Part shown: positions 12,629 to 25,297 of the stretch, in pieces
How the letters are laid out: each line of letters begins with the position of its first letter
Numbering within the stretch: position 1 is the stretch's first letter
Assembly (NCBI GenBank): GCA_002269645.1
Contig: NIVC01001121.1
Coordinates: 239,807-303,806 of the forward strand
DNA from: Macrostomum lignano
Lineage: Eukaryota
Reading direction: 5' to 3'
Length of the DNA: 64,000 bases
The notes under the pieces: generated by a model
Database searches by the model: none
What the model saw: only the letters and a program-made list of their open reading frames with translations
Told to the model about the DNA's origin: nothing
Program-made: the position numbers and the translations under genes

Positions 12629-12872
12629 CAAGCATCCCCCCAGATAGCAAGCATCCCCCAGATAGCAAGCATCCCCCAGATAGCAAGCATCCCCCAGATA
12701 GCGAGCATCCCCCAGACCAGATAGCAAGCATCCCCCAGATAGCAAGCATCCCCCCAGATAGCAATCCCCCAGATAGCAAGCATCCCCCAGATAGCAAGCA
12801 TCCCCCAGATAGCGAGCATCCCCCAGACCAGATAGCAAGCATCCCCCAGATAGCAAGCATCCCCCAGATAGC
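12629..12872. repeat. 18-bp minisatellite (AGATAGCAAGCATCCCCC), right block
   Basis: Tandem units start immediately after the LTR terminus. Confidence 0.95.
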
Positions 12873-13172
12873 ATACAGATTTTTGTTATCGCAATTGTGC
12901 TGTACGAGTATTCCTAAGCCAACAGTGAATAATCGAAATAAACTTACCCGAAGTTTTTAAGACTGAAATATCGCAATATTAATAAGTTGCTGCAAACAAA
13001 AATTACAGCTGATGCAGGTGACACACAGCAATAGCTCACGGTCTGAGGCCTGCTTTCGCTTTCTCTCTATAATTATGGTAGCCTCCCCCTCGCTTCCTTA
13101 TGCTTGATTCCTCAGCGTCGCGTGCATGCGATGCATGGCCGCCTCCCCCGGCCTCTCCCGGGAAGCATTGCG

Positions 13173-13186
13173 GTTGCCATGGCAAC
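13173..13186. promoter_or_regulatory. RFX X-box, perfect palindrome GTTGCCATGGCAAC
   Basis: Exact canonical X-box in a GC-rich unique segment. Confidence 0.6.
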
Positions 13187-13650
13187 ATTGATCCTCTGTT
13201 CAAACCCTGCTCCTCCGTTTGCCCAAACACCCGCGGTCCTACTCTGCACTGACTCAATTTTATGCCAATGGGATTTGAGGCAGGACGTATAGCAATGGGA
13301 TAGAGGTGTACAGCGGCCTACAGTACAGTCAGCTACTGCCAGGACTTTTGGTTTCTGTGGGATGTCACGCAGCTAATCCATCCAATGCCCAATACACGTA
13401 GCTTGTACACATGTATGCGTCATCTGCGTACTGTAGCTTGATATTAAAGTACAATTCAATTAGCATCTGCCTCAAAGCAAATATTTATTCGATAGTTAAT
13501 TTAGAGTATAGACTGGATCTGTGCATATATTTAGAAGATTAATTTTTGTTTGAACTGTTTAGCAAAACTATATAAATGCAGCAACTTAAATAGGGGACGG
13601 GGGGTCTGGTGGTACCGTCAATGGGATCAGCACCACAAGCTTTAGCACCG

Positions 13651-14586
13651 GGGCCAATTTTATAACGCCTTGGTAAAAAATGTATGGTTAAAAATTGCAG
13701 ATGGCCCACCAGTTATCAATCGATTGAAATCCTATTTTATAAAGCCATGATGAAAACTGAGTCAGCGTGGTAATTAATCAACCAGTGCGTGAAAGGGTAT
13801 GAATGGAAAGAACTTTATTTAGTCCCAAATTTGGAAGTTCTCCCATAGACGTCTCGTCAGTCTAATTTGGTCAAGTGGTACCAACGCCGCTCTGCATACA
13901 GCTCTTTCACTCTAAATCTTTGCCTATAATACGATCTTACAATACATTAATCTAAGCAAAGATGTTCTCTAATAAAGAGCAAAAGCTACTTCTGCTACGG
14001 GAGATTCTTCACCGTAAGGAGATCGTCTTTGGAAGCTTCGCCAACTTTGCCGACGGTTCGAGAAGAAAGAACGAAACCTGGCAGAAAATTTTAGACGTCC
14101 TAAAGGCGAATGGCTTCAAAGAGGACATTCGTCCTCAACACTTGCGCGACGTCTCGTGGAAAAATATAAGAAGCGCGACCCTTAAAAAGAAAGACAACAG
14201 CAAAAGGACAACGTCAAAATTTGGTGCGTAGGCGTGAGGGCCCCGTTTCGACGAGTGGGATGGAGCAGGACCGGACCGATCCTGCGCTCTAGATCGTCCT
14301 CAACATCCCAAATTTGAATAAAATCCATGATGATGATGAAGACTTATCCTAGTCACAAGCAGGATTGAAAATCGTATGATTTTATCGCTAGTTTTTCATC
14401 AATGGTGGGCCGATACAAGTTTTATAAAATCCATTTATCCTATCTCGGCAACAGCGCAATATGTCTATGGCAGGATGCCCGCAGTGGACAGATTTTCTAT
14501 CACTTCTTTATAAAAGTGATAGCACATGATAAAATCAACGGTTCCATCGATTTTTATCTATTATCAAGGCTTTATAAAATTGGCCC
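13651..14586 (+). mobile_element. Non-autonomous PIF/Harbinger DNA transposon (936 bp)
   Basis: 26-bp TIRs with 24/26 identity (GGGCCAATTTTATAACGCCTTGGTAA / TTATCAAGGCTTTATAAAATTGGCCC); 3-bp flanks CCG and CAG; internal Myb/SANT ORF; no transposase. Confidence 0.75.
13962..14231 (+). CDS. Myb/SANT-like DNA-binding domain (Harbinger second protein), probably truncated
   Basis: FS.EQK.LL....HRKEIVFG...RKNETWQKI...L.......HLRDVSWKNIR pattern typical of Myb/SANT-like (MADF-related) domains; lies inside the TIRs. Confidence 0.7.
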   Translation: MFSNKEQKLLLLREILHRKEIVFGSFANFADGSRRKNETWQKILDVLKANGFKEDIRPQHLRDVSWKNIRSATLKKKDNSKRTTSKFGA

Positions 14587-14660
14587 CAGAGGCTTTAGCA
14601 CCAGGGGCTTTAGCACCAGAGGCTTTAGCACCAGAGGCTTTAGCACCAGAGGCTTTAGCA
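14587..14660. repeat. 15-bp minisatellite (GGGGCTTTAGCACCA family)
   Basis: About 5 units abutting the right TIR. Confidence 0.85.
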
Positions 14661-14938
14661 AGCTGCAAGCATCAGTTCAGTTGTGCCAGCACCTCTATAA
14701 AATCGTAGCTATACTGCATCCAGGCTCTAGCAAAGTTGGCAGTCTCCACTGTTCTGTATGTGCAGCCATTGCTTGCATTTTGATGGTCTACTGGGTTGGG
14801 GCGAAAGACATTTTATTTTTAGTAAACCCATTTTGTACATAACATTACGAGTAGGCGCTCGTACCCAATTTATATTGGTTCATCGCCATAACAAACGGAA
14901 AACTTTTAAATAACACTTTAGACACTCCAGTTAGACAT

Positions 14939-15020
14939 GTCGCGATGGCCGAGTGGTTAAGGCGTTGGACTAGAAATCCAATGGGGTTTCCCCGCGCAGG
15001 TTCGAATCCTGCTTGCGACG
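14939..15020 (+). tRNA. trnS-AGA: tRNA-Ser(AGA), 82 nt with long variable arm
   Basis: Acceptor stem GTCGCGA/TTGCGAC; A box TGGCCGAGTGG; anticodon arm TTGGA-CTAGAAA-TCCAA; B box GGTTCGAATCC. Confidence 0.97.
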
Positions 15021-15024
15021 TTAG

Positions 15025-15031
15025 TTTTTTT
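15025..15031 (+). terminator. RNA polymerase III terminator (T7)
   Basis: Seven Ts starting 5 nt after the tRNA 3' end. Confidence 0.85.
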
Positions 15032-15529
15032 GCTGTCCATGACTACTAATATTTAATTCGACATAATCCTTTCTTCTGCGTGAATCCCAAATTATTATAA
15101 TTTTCAATTCATAAAATTTTTATAGTTAACGGAGTTTTGTTTAGTTAGCATAGTTTAAAAATTGAACGAAACTAATGTAAGTATATGCCCTGCTAATCAT
15201 TCTATCGATACATATCGGATTTCTATATGTCCTGTTTCTATTCTAAATTTCGATAGCCATTCTATCCTTGATGTGAGTTTCCCTGACAATATTCAATTAA
15301 ATTAAAACCGGAAAATAATTTCATTTAATGAAGATTGAATATTCAACCATTAAGCTTGGTGGTTCATTCTAAATAAACTGCAGAAAGCTTACTGTCGATG
15401 GCAGTAGCGTATTAAGTATATACCCAATTTGGTGCAATTTTTGCTTTTATTATCGTTAAAATATGCGAAAATTTCTTATAACAGTTGGCTCCAGCAGACC
15501 AGCATCAGGGACTTCAGAAACAGGCGCGC

Positions 15530-15850
15530 GGTACCAAGGGGTTTTGGCACCAGGAACTGTAGCCTCAGGGACTTCAGAACCAGGGGCTGAAGCACCAGGG
15601 GCTGTAGCACCAGGGGCTTTGGCTAGAGGGATTTTAGCAGCAAAGGCTTTAGCACCAGGGGCTGAGCACCAGGGGCTTTGGCTAGAGGGATTTTAGCAGC
15701 AAAGGCTTTAGCACCAGGGGCGCCAGCACCAGGGGCGCCAGCACCAGGGGCGCCAGCACCAGGGGCGCCAGCACCAGGGGCGCCAGCACCAGGGGCGCCA
15801 GCACCAGGGGCGCCAGCACCAGGGGCGCCAGCACCAGGGGCGCCAAAGCT
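15530..15850. repeat. 15-bp minisatellite (GCACCAGGGGC core; GCACCAGGGGCGCCA variant)
   Basis: Same family as 14587-14660 and 60430-60830. Confidence 0.9.
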
Positions 15851-17355
15851 ACTTCAAGTGGCGGCAAAGCTACTTCAAGTGGGTCCAATGCTGCCGACTC
15901 CAACCACAGGCTAACTAACTATATACGAAAAGTAACTATAAGAAAACTAACTATATACGAAAAGTAACTATAAGAAAACTAACTATATACGAAAAGTACC
16001 TCTTTGCAAAGCCAATTGCAAGCAAAATTGCGTTCTCAAATCCAATCAGGCCTTGCAGCTGGGTCTCTGCTCCGCCAATTGCAGTTTATAGTGCTAAACA
16101 CAGCTATCTGTACCCTGCGCTTGCACACTGCACCGCCCATTGGCCCTGGGCCAATCACGGCCATGCCTTGCATATAGATGCAGCTTTGGAGTCTGGGCCT
16201 GGGGTATGGGATTTCCTTCTCTCTCTCGCGTCCCTTCCGTGGTCGAGACTCTTCTAGCTAAATAGGCCACAGAAAAAGATTATAGGGGAAAAGGGCTTTA
16301 CAAAGTTTTTCTAGTGGCGTATCGGACGTTCAACAGTTTTTTTACACAGATCAGTTGCTTATCGCTCAATAGATTTTTTTCATTAACTGTCTATACATCC
16401 GACTCTAGGATGACTGACTGACTGAGGTGAGTTTCTCTTGCATATTGCTTGCAGCGTTTGACAGTGTAGAAGAGCATGAGAGGGTAGAGTACAGGGTGTA
16501 GAGTAGAGATTAGAGTAGAGAGTAGACAGGGTAGAGTAGAGAGAGTAGATTGGAGGGTGGAGAGAGTACAGTAGAGGGGGTAGAGTCATTCATCAAATTA
16601 AACACAGGGTCAATACAGTTATACGGAAATAAGAGAAGTAAGGTGAGGGTAAAATGGCAGTGCAGAGAAGACAGGGTTAGAGATTTTAATCGATAATTGC
16701 TAAATAAGCGGGATGCTGATCTCCTTAGCAATTATGATGAGGCGACAAAAATAGTCGACAATGCAATTAGAGGCCACAAGCACCCCTTTAACCTTCGAGG
16801 GAGATATTGCTTAGCCCAGAAAAGTACAGACGGACCGAATATTTCTGGATTAGTATAGGGTTAGGCCTGTTCGCTTGCCGAATTCGATGTACTTTCCAAC
16901 TTTTTTATCGGTTTGCGGAGCGCCAATGTTTTCTGCCCCCCCCCCCCCCACGAATTCGCCCCTCTCTCTCTCTCATGCTTTAGGGAGAGAGAGTTTACGC
17001 CACGGAGTTGCCAGGGGGCCCTCATGGAGTTCGCTTCCTGTCTGCGGCCCCTCAAATTGCCCCCTTCTTTAGAGATTTTCTCCCAAAAAAATTTCTGCTT
17101 CAGAGTTGGCGCCCATATTTTTAGAGAGGAAAATGGCTTTATTGAACGCTAAACATTTTTATGACTTTAATTTAGCTTTTTGCAGCCCATTCGGGCTTAC
17201 CCGCATTAAATTTAATCCAAGATACGTTTGCCAATGCAACGCAGCTTTTGTCTATGGTAGCAAGGCTGGCACAGCGGCATCTAATTTAGTCCAACAAGCA
17301 TCAATTTGGTACACAGCTTCATTTGCAACTGCTGTGGTGGAGCAAGATCAGCCCG

Positions 17356-17567
17356 ATGAATTTTGGACCATATGCTAAGCTGTCGAATGAAGGCCACTGG
17401 CTTGTGATCGAAGCACTCGACAGAGGTGAACATCCAAAGGACATTGCAAGGTTGCGGAATGCAAAAGTAAAGATTCTTTACAACATTCATCATCGCGTTG
17501 AAACTCTGCCGGCAGAGATCGCCTGCGGAAGGGTGGCAATCATGGAGGAAAGAATAGAATGGAGTGC
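17356..17567 (+). pseudogene. Possible N-terminal HTH remnant of an IS630/Tc1-mariner-like transposase, interrupted by a MITE
   Basis: KLSNEGHWLVIEALDRGEHPKDIARLRNAKVKILYNIHHR resembles transposase HTH spacing; no catalytic domain or enclosing TIRs found. Confidence 0.4.
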
Positions 17568-17569
17568 TA

Positions 17570-17823
17570 ATCTGAGCCAGTTATTTTTATCTCGCTCGAT
17601 TTTCGCTTTTAACATCCCTTTCCCCCCGTTCCTTCCTATTGGCTGAAAGCATATTTTGATGCGAGCTCATACTATGCTGGGACAGAACTTTCAGAGGGGA
17701 ACGAAAACGAAAACGAGACGAAAAATACTTTGTCTATGGCAGTCACGAGCCAATAGGAAAGAACGAGGGGGAAAGGGATGTTAAAAGCGAAAATCGAGCG
17801 AGATAAAAATAACTGGCTCAGAT
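17570..17823. mobile_element. MITE, 254 bp, ~75-bp TIRs, TA duplication (Tc1/mariner-type)
   Basis: 17570-17644 is a near-perfect reverse complement of 17748-17823; TA at 17568-17569 and 17824-17825; empty site CTAG. Confidence 0.85.
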
Positions 17824-18392
17824 TAGGCACCCTGGCAGAATGCCTTCGGCGATATAACCAGCGCATCATTCCGCTGACTGCTGAACACATGCAAGCAGGG
17901 CTCGATAATCCCCGGCCAATGAATGCGAGGCCGCGCGCGGGATCGAACCCGGAGCCGCAGCTGCTCTGCTCTCCTGTTTATCAGTGTTTGTAAAAAGTAT
18001 AAATATTAGTTCTGCAGAGAGAACTACTGTGTAGTATTTGAAGCCAATCGAACTACTCGAGACAGGTTATTGATTTCGATACATATCGGTGTAGATAAGA
18101 CGGATCAAGAACGAATGCCAGTCAGACTCTCCAGGCATTTTCTCTTATCTTCGACCTCAACTTGGTCTGTCTGTCCGTCTCAGCCGCTGTGTGAGTATCG
18201 AAGTCCACTTAAAATTACATGTTTTTAAACTTAGAGGGCCAATGTGCAGACACGAGTCCGTAGGATTCATAAATACTGCATAGAAATCAGGAATATTTCC
18301 AGCTCCTGTGGCCTTGAAAAATTCCGATGGCGAAAACTGGGACAATCTGTGGGGCCTGACAAAAATGTGAAAACCTGCTTCAAAGATAGATC

Positions 18393-19380
<988 letters not shown>

Positions 19381-20042
19381 CAGTGTGCAGAAGTCAGCCA
19401 GCTTTGCCTCCAGTTGCTTGGCCAGCAGCGACCCAATCTTCTCATCGGCCCCAACAGCTCCCTCGCCCGTCCCAACTCAAGCTCACTGTCCAGCCTCTGG
19501 CCCCTTCATCACTCGTATACTCGCCGATCTCTCTGCTCAGATTCGAGCATATCTTCGCCTTCTCCCTCCCCATCCGCCCGCCCCCTTCAGCTTCCCCAAT
19601 CCCTTGTGTCTCTACTCTCACTCACTCCCGCACACACAAGATACTCCAAGTGCCTCAGGCAGTCATGCACCTCACCTACCTCCTGCCTGCTCCTGTGTGT
19701 GTTGTGTGCTCGGCCCTTCATCCCGCTGCCTGAGTGTTGAGTCGGCAGCTCGCTTCCCTCACAACTGCAGCGTGAGGCGTGGAGACGCATGACGAGACAG
19801 CATGGCGCTGGAGAGCTCGGGGATCAGAAGCCAGTGGCCTGTGAATACTTTATACAAACTTTGAGCTCGTGCTGATGAGAATTTCTCCGACTCCCCCCCT
19901 TCTCGGCCGCCATTCTTTTGCTCACGGCGCGGCGCCGGGGTCTCAAATTTTTCCGCTGACCGCCGCTGCACCAGATGGGATTTGAGCTGATTGGATTTGG
20001 CCCTGATTGACAGAGAGATCCTTCTGGCCGGCTGGGGTTTGA

Positions 20043-20454
<412 letters not shown>

Positions 20455-20949
20455 CATGCCAGTGTATTTAGATTTTCTAGTATCAGAAATAAAGCATTGT
20501 GTCTCGTGACAGTCGTCTGTCTTTGTGTCTTGGCGTCGGGGTGTCTCAGTGTTGCGGTATCTTGTGATCTTAGCGTCCGTCTGTCTGTTTCCCTCATTAG
20601 TCCGGCAAATCCCTCGAACAGATCTTGAGTCCCTGCAGAAGTGATTGGGCAGCACACACATCTCTGAATCCCCCGAGCTGCCGGATTTTCATGCGCTGTC
20701 GGCTTTGCCAGTATCGAGTTCGGGACCGATCGAACAGGCAGGAATGGATCAGCAGGGGACTGGGGGATGCGGAAACAGGGCCTCTCACTGACCATTCGTG
20801 CCTAGAGAGTAGAAGTGTAGAATGATAGCTGGACTCTCTCAGTCTTCTCAATATCCGCTTGCGCTGTCGCTCCACCTTCTAATAGATAAGAATATGAAAA
20901 ACATGTTAATTAAATTGGATTGAATTTAAACGAGAGAGATTTGAGATTA

Positions 20950-21722
20950 AAAGGGTGAAATTAGAGAGAGTTGAATTCGAGAGAATGAGATTAGAGGGGG
21001 TGAGATTAGGGAGGGGTGAGATGAGAGAGAGCTGAGATTAGGGAGGATGAGATTAGATAGAGTTGAGATTAGGCAGTGTGAGATTAGAGAGATGTAAGAA
21101 CAGGGAGGGCGAGTTTAAGAGATGTAAGATTAGGGATGTTGAGATTAGATAGAGCTCAGAATAAAGAGAGGTGAGATAAGGGTGAGAGGTGTGAGACCAG
21201 AGAGATGAGATTATAGAGGGTGAGATTAAAGCGAGGTAAGATTAGGGAGGGTGAGATTAGAGAGGGTGAGATTAAAGAGAGGTAAGATTAGGGAGGGTGA
21301 GATTAGAGAGGATGAGATTAGAGAGGGGTGAGATTAGAGAGGGGTGAGATTAGAGAGGGGTGAGATTAGAGAGGGGTGAGATTAGAGAGGGGTGAGATTA
21401 GAGAGGGGTGAGATTAGAGAGGGGTGAGATTAGAGAGGAGTGAGATTAGAGAGGGGTGAGATTAGAGAGGAGTGAGATTAGAGAGGGGTGAGATTAGAGA
21501 GGGGTGAGATTAGAGAGGGGTGAGATTAGAGAGGGGTGAGATTAGAGAGGATGAGATTAGAGAGGGGTGAGATTAGAGAGGGGTGAGATTAGAGAGAGGT
21601 GAGATTAGAGAGGAGTGAGATTAGAGAGGGGTGAGATTAGAGAGGGGTGAGATTAGAGAGCTTTGAGATTAGAGAGGGTTGAGATTAGAGAGGGGTGAGA
21701 TTAGAGAGCTTTGAGATTAGAG
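20950..21722. repeat. 16-bp purine-rich minisatellite (GAGATTAGAGAGGGGT)
   Basis: Degenerate at left, homogeneous at right. Confidence 0.93.
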
Positions 21723-21995
21723 AGGCGGATCAATGGGGGACAGCGGATAGCAAATATCTGTCTCAGTCGCAACTCTCCGTCTCCTACACTAAATCTCGCT
21801 CTCATTCCCTCAGACGCCTGAGACAGGAAATTCCTGGATAACCCGTCAGTCGGCTTGGACCCCCAGAAAATGCAATCAATTTTTTCCTATCCTTTGAACG
21901 AAGAAGCCTCGCAGTTAAAAATGCCTCTCAAAAACTAATTAACTTTTCCAGATCTCTTTAATTTGTCGACTTTTTATCGGAGCCCTAGCAACAGC

Positions 21996-22009
21996 GTTGC
22001 CATGGAAAC
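21996..22009. promoter_or_regulatory. RFX X-box GTTGCCATGGAAAC with upstream half-site CCTAGCAAC
   Basis: Near-canonical X-box ~110 bp before ATG|GTGAGT at 22121-22129. Confidence 0.55.
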
Positions 22010-22127
22010 GCTTGACGCCGTTTCTCTTCGAGCCGGTTTCAAGCTGCAGAGTTCGACACAGTCTGGCAGATGTTGCTCTTTGAATAACGGCAGGATTTGA
22101 CAGCTCGCGGGTTTGGCGTCATGGTGA

Positions 22128-22416
22128 GTCAGTCAGTCAGTCAGTCAGTCAGTCAGTCAGTCAGTCAGTCAGTCAGTCAGTCAGTCAGTCAGGCAGTCAG
22201 TCAGTCAGTCAGTCAGTCAGTCAGTCAGTCAGTCAGTCAGTCAGTCAGTCAGTCAGTCAGTCAGTCAGTCAGTCAGTCAGTCAGTCAGTCAGTCAGTCAG
22301 TCAGTCAGTCAGTCAGTCAGTCAGTCAGTCAGTCAGTCAGTCAGTCAGTCAGTCAGTCAGTCAGTCAGTCAGTCAGTCAGTCAGTCAGTCAGTCAGTCAG
22401 TCAGTCAGTCAGTCAG
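22128..22416. repeat. (AGTC)n microsatellite
   Basis: Begins within the putative donor GTGAGT. Confidence 0.98.
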
Positions 22417-23288
22417 TTATTTAATCTACTCAGCACAGCTTGGAGCAGAGCTGAATTTCAATCGCAGCAGCAGCTGAGGGTGGCGAGCCAGCCGCCCGCC
22501 AGACCGCCCTGTTGAAAGTGAGACGGAGTTGCGAGCACTTGGCTACTTCCGGGGCGGCGGGAGATTTCGGAGGGGAAATTTCAGTTGAGATGGGAATCGA
22601 GAGGCGGCTTTCTAATCCCCTTGGGGATTATCGAAAGTGTGGGGACGAAGCAGATTTGCCCACCTCGCCTGCCGGACAGAGAGACTGAGAGGCTGCAGCC
22701 CTCCTGCCTCCGAGCCGCGTGCAAAGTCGAGAAGCGAAGGAAATCGAACCCCAACCCCTCTATTTTGAATTTGTACTCTGAGAGGCTCAAGAGGGTCAGC
22801 AAGTAGATCGATTGGCTTCCTCTCGGTCGCGACAGACAGGCCCGGCCTCATCAAGCCAGTGATTGTGTCCCGGCGGTAATTGGGGATTTGGACAGCCGAC
22901 CCATTTAGCCCCGACTGTTTTCCTTTTCACTGATTTATCTAATATCTTTTCAATTTAGTAGCATAAAAAACTTGCATCTCTACTATCAGTAAATAAGTAG
23001 CGCATAGTGACTTTTATTTAGTTCGAGATAACTAGTTATTATTTAAAATTAATTAACAAAATGTTGGACATTTATGGCACTTACCAAATTGACTTTATAA
23101 TCAGCGAATAAAAATCAATAAACTTCTAATTATTAGACAACTAAAATGCCAGCATCTCGCTTTCTAATTGGCTAATTAGACAACCTCCACCACCCCCGCA
23201 AGCGGCGTGAACCCCAATAGGAACCGCCCCTGTCCCTCACCTCCCCTTCGAAGCTGACGCCTCCCTTCTTATTCGTTTCAAACAAAAG

Positions 23289-24011
23289 TCAAGCCCCCGA
23301 GAATGGAGCCCCGGCTATCGAAGTCGGCCGTATGAGATTTCTAAGAAAATGATTGATGAATCCGTGGATGAAGTGGCCGGAATCAGCGCTGTAGCCGCCA
23401 TGGGCCTTATTTGGCATCGTCGGCGAGAGGTGGAAATTCGCCGTCAGTCGCTGATGCTGATGGCCACCCCGCTGGAGAGGCGGCGGAGCAGCGGAAGCGC
23501 GCATGGCAGCGTCGGTGGCAGCGGCAGCTGCTGCAACTTTGTCGATAGGCAACAGTCGGCGTCAGCTATGGAGATTTCTAAGAAAATGATTGATGAATCC
23601 GTGGATGAAGTGGCCGGAATCAGCGCTGTAGCCGCCATGGGCCTTATTTGGCATCGTCGGCGAGAGGTGGAAATTCGCCGTCAGTCGCTGATGCTGATGG
23701 CCACCCCGCTGGAGAGGCGGCGGAGCAGCGGAAGCGCGCATGGCAGCGTCGGTGGCAGCGGCAGCTGCTGCAACTTTGTCGATAGGCAACAGTCGGCGTC
23801 AGCTATGGAGATTTCTAACGGCGCAACGGCCGAGGCCGAATCGTCGGCAGGTGTCTCTGAGGCGCCGCTGAAGTGTTCGCCGGGAGCCGAGGTGCTCACC
23901 TCGGAGCGGGACGGATTTCGCAGAATTCGGCACACGAAACCGAAATGCGTGCTGAGGAGGCCCGACTGCGCTGCGGTGCCCTGCGAATGCGCCGAGGTCT
24001 GTTGGAGATGA
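23289..24011 (+). CDS. Candidate exon of an unknown protein; coding strand ambiguous
   Basis: Pyrimidine tract plus aacaaaag|TCA opens a frame continuous with ORF 23349-24011; GC-rich. An alternative minus-strand exon (acceptor near 24000) is also open. Confidence 0.4.
   Translation, partial: SSPREWSPGYRSRPYEISKKMIDESVDEVAGISAVAAMGLIWHRRREVEIRRQSLMLMATPLERRRSSGSAHGSVGGSGSCCNFVDRQQSASAMEISKKMIDESVDEVAGISAVAAMGLIWHRRREVEIRRQSLMLMATPLERRRSSGSAHGSVGGSGSCCNFVDRQQSASAMEISNGATAEAESSAGVSEAPLKCSPGAEVLTSERDGFRRIRHTKPKCVLRRPDCAAVPCECAEVCWR
23334..23807. repeat. Exact 237-bp tandem duplication
   Basis: 23334-23570 equals 23571-23807; GAGATTTCTAA recurs at 23334, 23571 and 23808. Confidence 0.95.
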
Positions 24012-24014
24012 GCT

Positions 24015-24190
24015 GGGTTACCTGGGCTGTTTACCTGGGCTACCCGGTATACCTGGGCCACCCGGGTTACCTGGGCCACCCGGGTTACCTGGGCCACCCG
24101 GGTTACCTGGGCCACCCGGGTTACCTTAGTTACCTGGGTTAATCGGGCTACCTAATTTACATGGGCTACGAGCTCGTACCTGGGTTACCT
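24015..24190. repeat. 18-bp minisatellite (CCCGGGTTACCTGGGCCA)
   Basis: Tandem units. Confidence 0.9.
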
Positions 24191-24349
24191 GGGGTGTTCT
24201 GCGATATCAGGGTTATCAGATACCAGTTACTATTGCTGTCAGGGGGTCACGCGTTATATCGTCTCTGCTTTTTTAGAATCATTCTAAAATTTTTAGAGTC
24301 GTGCTCCAGCTTTCCTATAATCGTCCCAGCTTTGTTACCATTGTAGTAG

Positions 24350-24920
24350 TTTTCGCAGCTTTCTTAGAATCATCACCGCTTTCTTAAAATCGTCGCAAAT
24401 TTCTTAGAATTATCACCGCTTTCTTAAACTCGTCGCAGTTTTCTTAGAATCGTCACAAATTTCTTAGAGTCGTCGCAGCTTTCTTAGAATGATCGCAGCT
24501 GTCTTTGAATGGTCGCAGCTTTCTTAGAATGGTCGCAGCTTTATTAGAGTTGTCATAGCTTTCTTAGAATCATCACAGGTTTCTAAGAATGGTTACAGCT
24601 TTATTAGAATCATCGCAGCTTTCTTAGAATGGTCACAGCTTTCTTAGAATGGTCGCAGTTTTCTTAGAATCGTCACCGCTTTCTTAGAATCGTCGCAGCT
24701 TTCTTAGAATGGTTACAGCTTTCTTAGAATGATTGCAGCTTTCTTAGAATCGTCGCAGGTTTCTAAGAATGGTTACAGCTTTCTTAGAATGATCGCAGCT
24801 TTCTTAGAATCGTCGCAGGTTTCTAAGAATGGTTACAGCTTTATTAGAATGATCGCAGCTTTCTTAGAATCGTCGCAGCTTTCTTAGAATGGTCGCAGTT
24901 TTCCTAGAATCGTCTAGGAA
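24350..24920. repeat. 20-bp minisatellite (GCAGCTTTCTTAGAATCGTC)
   Basis: Tandem degenerate units. Confidence 0.92.
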
Positions 24921-25297
24921 TCGTTGGTTGGTAAATTAGTTCTAATGTAGTACATGGAGAAAACATGACACAAACCTAAGATTTCAGCGTAGTTCCCTTT
25001 CGGGCCTCGTTAAGTCCTCTGCGCTTTGTACTTTTGCAGTGCTGAGCTCTTGAAGTTCGGGCATAAATTGGATCACGGATCAGCTCCTAACGGCCCTCTA
25101 CAAGCCTTTCAAAAGTGACTTAGCAATCGGATGGATTACAGACTGAAAAGTGAAAATAAACAGATTAGAGCGTGGTAAACAACCTTCCCTGTCTTTAAAG
25201 CCTTTGTGCTGCGCAAATGCTTTTTATACCTTTTATAATCTACTGAGTACAAGTGCCTGTGATGTATGTCAGTTGGCTGCAGGGCCAGGTCTCCTGA

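Noticed and set aside
15463-15914. Collagen- or elastin-like PGA repeat ORFs, also at 60434-60913
   Set aside because: Translation of the 15-bp minisatellite; no Gly-X-Y register or signal peptide
17926-17960. Minus-strand GGTTCGATCCC B-box-like motif
   Set aside because: No A box or cloverleaf; T-stem does not pair
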